Source of the DNA: an uncultured archaeon
GTDB taxonomy: Archaea; Asgardarchaeota; Thorarchaeia; Thorarchaeales; Thorarchaeaceae
Direction of reading: 5' to 3'
Assembly: GCA_964473825.1 (NCBI GenBank)
Contig: CAYYQL010000042.1
Coordinates: 1-20,580 of the forward strand
DNA length: 20,580 nt
Below the pieces are notes generated by a model. It had not been told where the DNA came from and ran no database searches. It was given only the letters and a program-made list of their open reading frames with translations. The position numbers and the translations under genes were made by a program. This document shows positions 16,904 through 20,580 of the stretch, piece after piece (the stretch's first letter is position 1; each line of letters opens with the position of its first letter).

Positions 16904-18007
16904 TCATGCCCAATTACATCTCGTATCGCGGTGGTAGACGAGCGAGTCATGATCTATCTCATGATATACGCTCGCCCGAGGGTTCTGATTCTGCAAGAGA
17001 ATCCTTCCGTGGAGGGGGTTCGCTTCATCAAAGTGGACAATGGCTTTCGTTATTGGTTCAACGTAGAACAGACCTCGCTCCATCTCAACGTGATGATTAG
17101 GACAGAGACAGAGGACGTTGCGGTCTTCATCGAAGCCCCCTTCTGACAGGGGCTTGATGTGATGTACCTCACAGTACCTTGACCCATCCAACAGTTCGAT
17201 TGGAACTCCACACACTTCGCAGATACAGGACTCCGCCTCCTTCACCCGACTGACCACCTTGGAATCCCGCACGAGAGAGGTCGTTGTGGAAGTCTTCGAT
17301 TCTGGCGGGGCCTCCTTTCGAGGAGGCGCGGTCTTGGATCCAAGAGGCTTGTGCTGTATCTTCTTTTCCTGAGCTAGGCTTGCTCGTATGTTATCTGTGA
17401 GCACATTCCCATTGTCAATCTGATGCAAGAGGTCATCCACAATCGATAGGTCATCAAACTCGTATTCCTTAGCGATGCCCTTCATAAGCTCATTGAGCCT
17501 CTGATACTTCTTTCCTGTTGTATTCTCGTATTGAACAAGTGAGAAGAGTCCGAGGGCTTTCAGACCGTTCTTTGCGCTGTTGTTCCATACTGCGTATTTC
17601 GTGGGATTGAATGAATGCAGCAGGGTCGAAACAAAGCCATGCCCCCCGCCATGAATCTTGTGTGAACCATCTGTATCGACCACCTCAGAGAACCGTTTGT
17701 GCAAGGAATCATCTCCATATAGCACGTAGTAGAGCGACTCACGTATCGATTGAATGTCGTTGCTGCGGAAATCAGACATCTTTCTCGTACGTGACCCCTT
17801 CGATCCTGTCCTCAATCCAACATAGAGTTGTTCTGCCTCTTTCATGGTCAGCTCTGGTAGATGATCCTTGGAATACAAGTCTGGGAGGCCCTGGAATCTG
17901 TTGCCGAACTTCTTCAGTCTGCGCGTTTGATAGCTCTCACCGTTCAGGTTAGACCGCGGCTTCTGGAACTCTTCCACTATAGCATCGAGTGTACTCTTCT
18001 TTACCAT
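16904..18007 (-). CDS. HNH endonuclease with N-terminal putative DNA-recognition domain
   Basis: C-terminal CEVCG...EVHHIKPL...NVLCLCPNHH. The N-terminal helical domain contains VSTLLHSFNPTKYAVWN. Confidence 0.85.
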   Translation of the reverse strand: MVKKSTLDAIVEEFQKPRSNLNGESYQTRRLKKFGNRFQGLPDLYSKDHLPELTMKEAEQLYVGLRTGSKGSRTRKMSDFRSNDIQSIRESLYYVLYGDDSLHKRFSEVVDTDGSHKIHGGGHGFVSTLLHSFNPTKYAVWNNSAKNGLKALGLFSLVQYENTTGKKYQRLNELMKGIAKEYEFDDLSIVDDLLHQIDNGNVLTDNIRASLAQEKKIQHKPLGSKTAPPRKEAPPESKTSTTTSLVRDSKVVSRVKEAESCICEVCGVPIELLDGSRYCEVHHIKPLSEGGFDEDRNVLCLCPNHHVEMERGLFYVEPITKAIVHFDEANPLHGRILLQNQNPRASVYHEIDHDSLVYHRDTRCNWA

Positions 18008-18126
18008 CTGCTACCACCAAGACTGGATTCCGCTGTCATGATGATAAGTTCTTCGCGGACAGTGGCAGCAAACACAAAGAAACGAGATTTCGCGTTCTCT
18101 GAGAAACTGCATGGTTTCGGTTACAA

Positions 18127-18351
18127 CTAAACCTCTTCTGCCAGAATCTGTCGAACAATCCGCTTTGCTTGTTCTATTTTCTTCTCGTTCTTTGAAATCC
18201 AGTTAGCATTTGCAGCCGAAGGATGTGGAAAGAGAACACACCTGTACTCCTGTCCGTCCTGTTCAACAGTATGCGCTTTTCCGACAACATCCTCCAGCTT
18301 GCGGAATTGAAGAAACCACTGTGCATCTTCATGCCCTGATGTGACTATCAC
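18127..18351 (-). pseudogene. Possible C-terminal fragment of a uracil-DNA glycosylase superfamily protein
   Basis: VIVTSG...A...F followed by VLFPHPSAAN (UDG motif 2-like HPS) and a terminal helix. The N-terminal half is missing. Confidence 0.45.
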
Positions 18352-18525
18352 CTGAAGCCGCAGGAACAGACAAAGAGGGACTGACGGGGGCGGTGAATGC
18401 CCTCATGGAAGAATCTGTCACTCTTCTCTTTCGTTGGTTCGTGAAATTGCGTGAAAACCGTCTGCGAATCCGTAGTAAAGGATTCCCCATCGATACGTGA
18501 GTAGGCGAAATGAAGTGGTTCTCCA

Positions 18526-18984
18526 CTACGACACTATCTTCTCTCGTCGAATGAAAGCAAGAACGCTGAAGCATTCCACATCTAGGGCCCTGCAGACCTG
18601 AGGGATTTTCACTCTCCCTTTCGGAGGCATCTGTTCATCAGTTACTACCGTTAGACCCTCTTGCTTTGCCAGAGCCACGACAAAGGGATCCGCCTGCTCT
18701 TTTGTCGCATCAGGATCAACTATCTCTGGGAATCGATTCATTATGCTTCCGACTATCGTCAGCTGCTCTCGATCGACTTCAATGAACATCGATCTTCTCT
18801 CTCTCGCCCAAGCCAGAAGATCGTCGTCTTTCTTTTCCAGTTCATGGTAGACGATGTCGCTCGCTACAAGCTCGTCCGCATCTATCATGTCTTGGACACG
18901 ACCCCAGTACGTTGGGAAAGAATCTGGCGGATAGTGATGATTCCAAGGATTGATGAGAGCTGATGTATCGAAACTGTATCGCAC
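18526..18984 (-). CDS. DUF4411 family PIN-like protein
   Basis: YSFDTSALI...YP...FP.YW, V..EL, ADPFVVALA, VVTDE and KIPQVC. Confidence 0.9.
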   Translation of the reverse strand: MRYSFDTSALINPWNHHYPPDSFPTYWGRVQDMIDADELVASDIVYHELEKKDDDLLAWARERRSMFIEVDREQLTIVGSIMNRFPEIVDPDATKEQADPFVVALAKQEGLTVVTDEQMPPKGRVKIPQVCRALDVECFSVLAFIRREKIVS

Positions 18985-18991
18985 CTCGGAC

Positions 18992-20161
18992 TCACGCTCC
19001 GTGTTCCTCTAGCAGATTTCGGAGAGCGGGCAGATGCTTAAGCCTCATTCCTAGGAGCTCCGATACGTCGCCGGCGGTGATGGCATCCTTCTCAAATGCT
19101 GTGAGTACTAAGTTGGTGAAGGTTGCTCCTTGAACCTGAAGAACACGCTTGTGACCTGGTTGTCCAAATCTGGTAGACTTCTTCTGCAATCTACGCTGTG
19201 ACATCCATTCTTGCCTTTTCTCACGGTAGAAGTCTGAAGTTGTCTTCTCCAGAATCAGAAGACGACGAAGAATGACCTCTCTGCTAACGCGGAATCGTCT
19301 AGCAAAGGTCGTCAGCTCATCATCGCTCCAGGCATAGTCCTTTGCGTGCTGCCTAACGGGAGGATATTGCAAGAGCTTGTCCCGGGGTACCAGTGTCGCA
19401 CCGGCAACATGGTTACAGAATCTCTCGATCTCCCAAGCCGCGTGACCCGTCCCGAGTTGGGTATCGTATATCTCGCATAGACTGGACTCAGCAAGTAAGA
19501 TATGACAAAACTCGTGAAGTAGCGAGAACGAGCGCGCCTCAGGAGGGTCTTTCCGATTGACCGCAATAATCGGGAAGGGTTTCTCTGCAATAGTGAGACC
19601 ACGCATCTCTTCCACCTCGACGCCGGTTATGAGGAATACCAGCGTGCCAAGACGCTCGATTGACTCCCTCCAGTAGTTGAAAGCTTGGTATCGTCCGAGC
19701 CTCACAGGGAAGTCCTCTGGGATTCCCAAGATCCTCCTGATTTCTTGGCCGAGTGCCTCGGGATCTTGCTTGGTACTTATCGACCCGATGAAGCTCCAAT
19801 CGAATTCTGGAGCATATTCCTCAAGTTCGTTTGCGGCTTTCCTCCTCTGGTGGATCTTCCGAACCTCTAGTCGAAGCTCAGGAGAAAGCTCATCATATTC
19901 ATGGGAAGGGAGCCGTCTGAACTCGGGAATCTGTAAGGAGGGAGGAGTTTCTTCAAGAAAGAAGATGGCTGTGGGGCGCCTGTATACCCATGCGGCTCTT
20001 CTCAACTGCGGAAACGTTAGGGGTTCTTCACCGCTCTCTGCTCTCTGTAGTTTATCCTCCTTGATCCGTATCTTTTTTGCTGCTTCTTTGACTTCGAAGC
20101 CGCGTTCTTCACGAGCCCAAACTAGAACCTGCGGATTGGCATGTGCATTTACTCTCGGCAA
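18992..20161 (-). CDS. XRE-HTH + ImmA/IrrE (M78, DUF955) metallopeptidase
   Basis: N-terminal LVWARE HTH; RSFSLLHEFCH (HExxH), ERFCNHVAGATLVP and FRVSREVILRRL. Lies 7 nt upstream of the DUF4411 gene. Confidence 0.92.
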   Translation of the reverse strand: MPRVNAHANPQVLVWAREERGFEVKEAAKKIRIKEDKLQRAESGEEPLTFPQLRRAAWVYRRPTAIFFLEETPPSLQIPEFRRLPSHEYDELSPELRLEVRKIHQRRKAANELEEYAPEFDWSFIGSISTKQDPEALGQEIRRILGIPEDFPVRLGRYQAFNYWRESIERLGTLVFLITGVEVEEMRGLTIAEKPFPIIAVNRKDPPEARSFSLLHEFCHILLAESSLCEIYDTQLGTGHAAWEIERFCNHVAGATLVPRDKLLQYPPVRQHAKDYAWSDDELTTFARRFRVSREVILRRLLILEKTTSDFYREKRQEWMSQRRLQKKSTRFGQPGHKRVLQVQGATFTNLVLTAFEKDAITAGDVSELLGMRLKHLPALRNLLEEHGA

Positions 20162-20580
20162 GATGAATCACTTCCCCTCGTCAGTTTCTGGGCTATCAAT
20201 CACATATGCGCACTCTCTCAAATGTCTTTCTTGAGTAACTAGGAGGTGATCCCCGACCTGTGACAGGATATGACAGGGGACCCCGATGAACCGGAATCCC
20301 TAATATGGGCCCTGTAAAATAAATCGAGTTCACATGGCTTAGATAAAGGAAAACTTGTATGGAGCAACTCAAAACTATCAGAAGAGACCCATTTCGTTGT
20401 TCACAGAATTCATTTCGTGAACAATATGAGAGTTATTTTACAGAGCCCCTAATATGAGAAACCCTAATAGTAGAAGAAAGCTATCTGCGTGGAATGATGC
20501 TAGGATAAGGTGGGCAAGATGCTTCCTTTGCAATACAAGCCGATGGAAGAAATCGAAGAAGCTGACTTGAAATTCATTGT

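Noticed and set aside
4414-20234. Long antisense or overlapping ORFs such as 4414..5064, 12498..13004, 15840..16352 and 19677..20234
   Set aside because: They are shadows of well-supported genes on the opposite strand.

Overview
Archaeal-looking accessory region, judged from an archaeal VapB antitoxin, TATA-like boxes and GGAG/GAGG ribosome-binding sites. Asgard/Thorarchaeia origin is plausible but is inference only. The left 12 kb is organised like a cassette array. A ~60-bp non-coding element (core AGAATAGGGTGGCTCRACAAGA) occurs five times in the same orientation, at 2912, 4468, 5919, 8008 (diverged) and 11962. In four copies it starts directly after the TAG of a 5'-truncated, diverged remnant of the same unknown gene (...LL.EAR.LR..TEKT*). 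Between copies lie unrelated, mostly minus-strand cargo genes: a possible RNase H-fold protein, GNAT-TPR, M32 carboxypeptidase, a membrane protein, an AbiEi/AbiEii type IV TA pair and a DUF2130-like fragment. An M28 peptidase lies left of copy 1. The right 8.5 kb resembles a defence island: NERD nuclease, YwgA/SocA-like plus HD dNTPase-like pair, Zn-ribbon-2xNudix_N-PLD fusion, a 50-aa Zn-ribbon microprotein, HNH endonuclease, UDG-like fragment and an HTH-ImmA/IrrE plus DUF4411 PIN pair. No integrase, transposase, tRNA, rRNA or CRISPR array was recognised. All family calls come from motif recognition by eye, not database searches.
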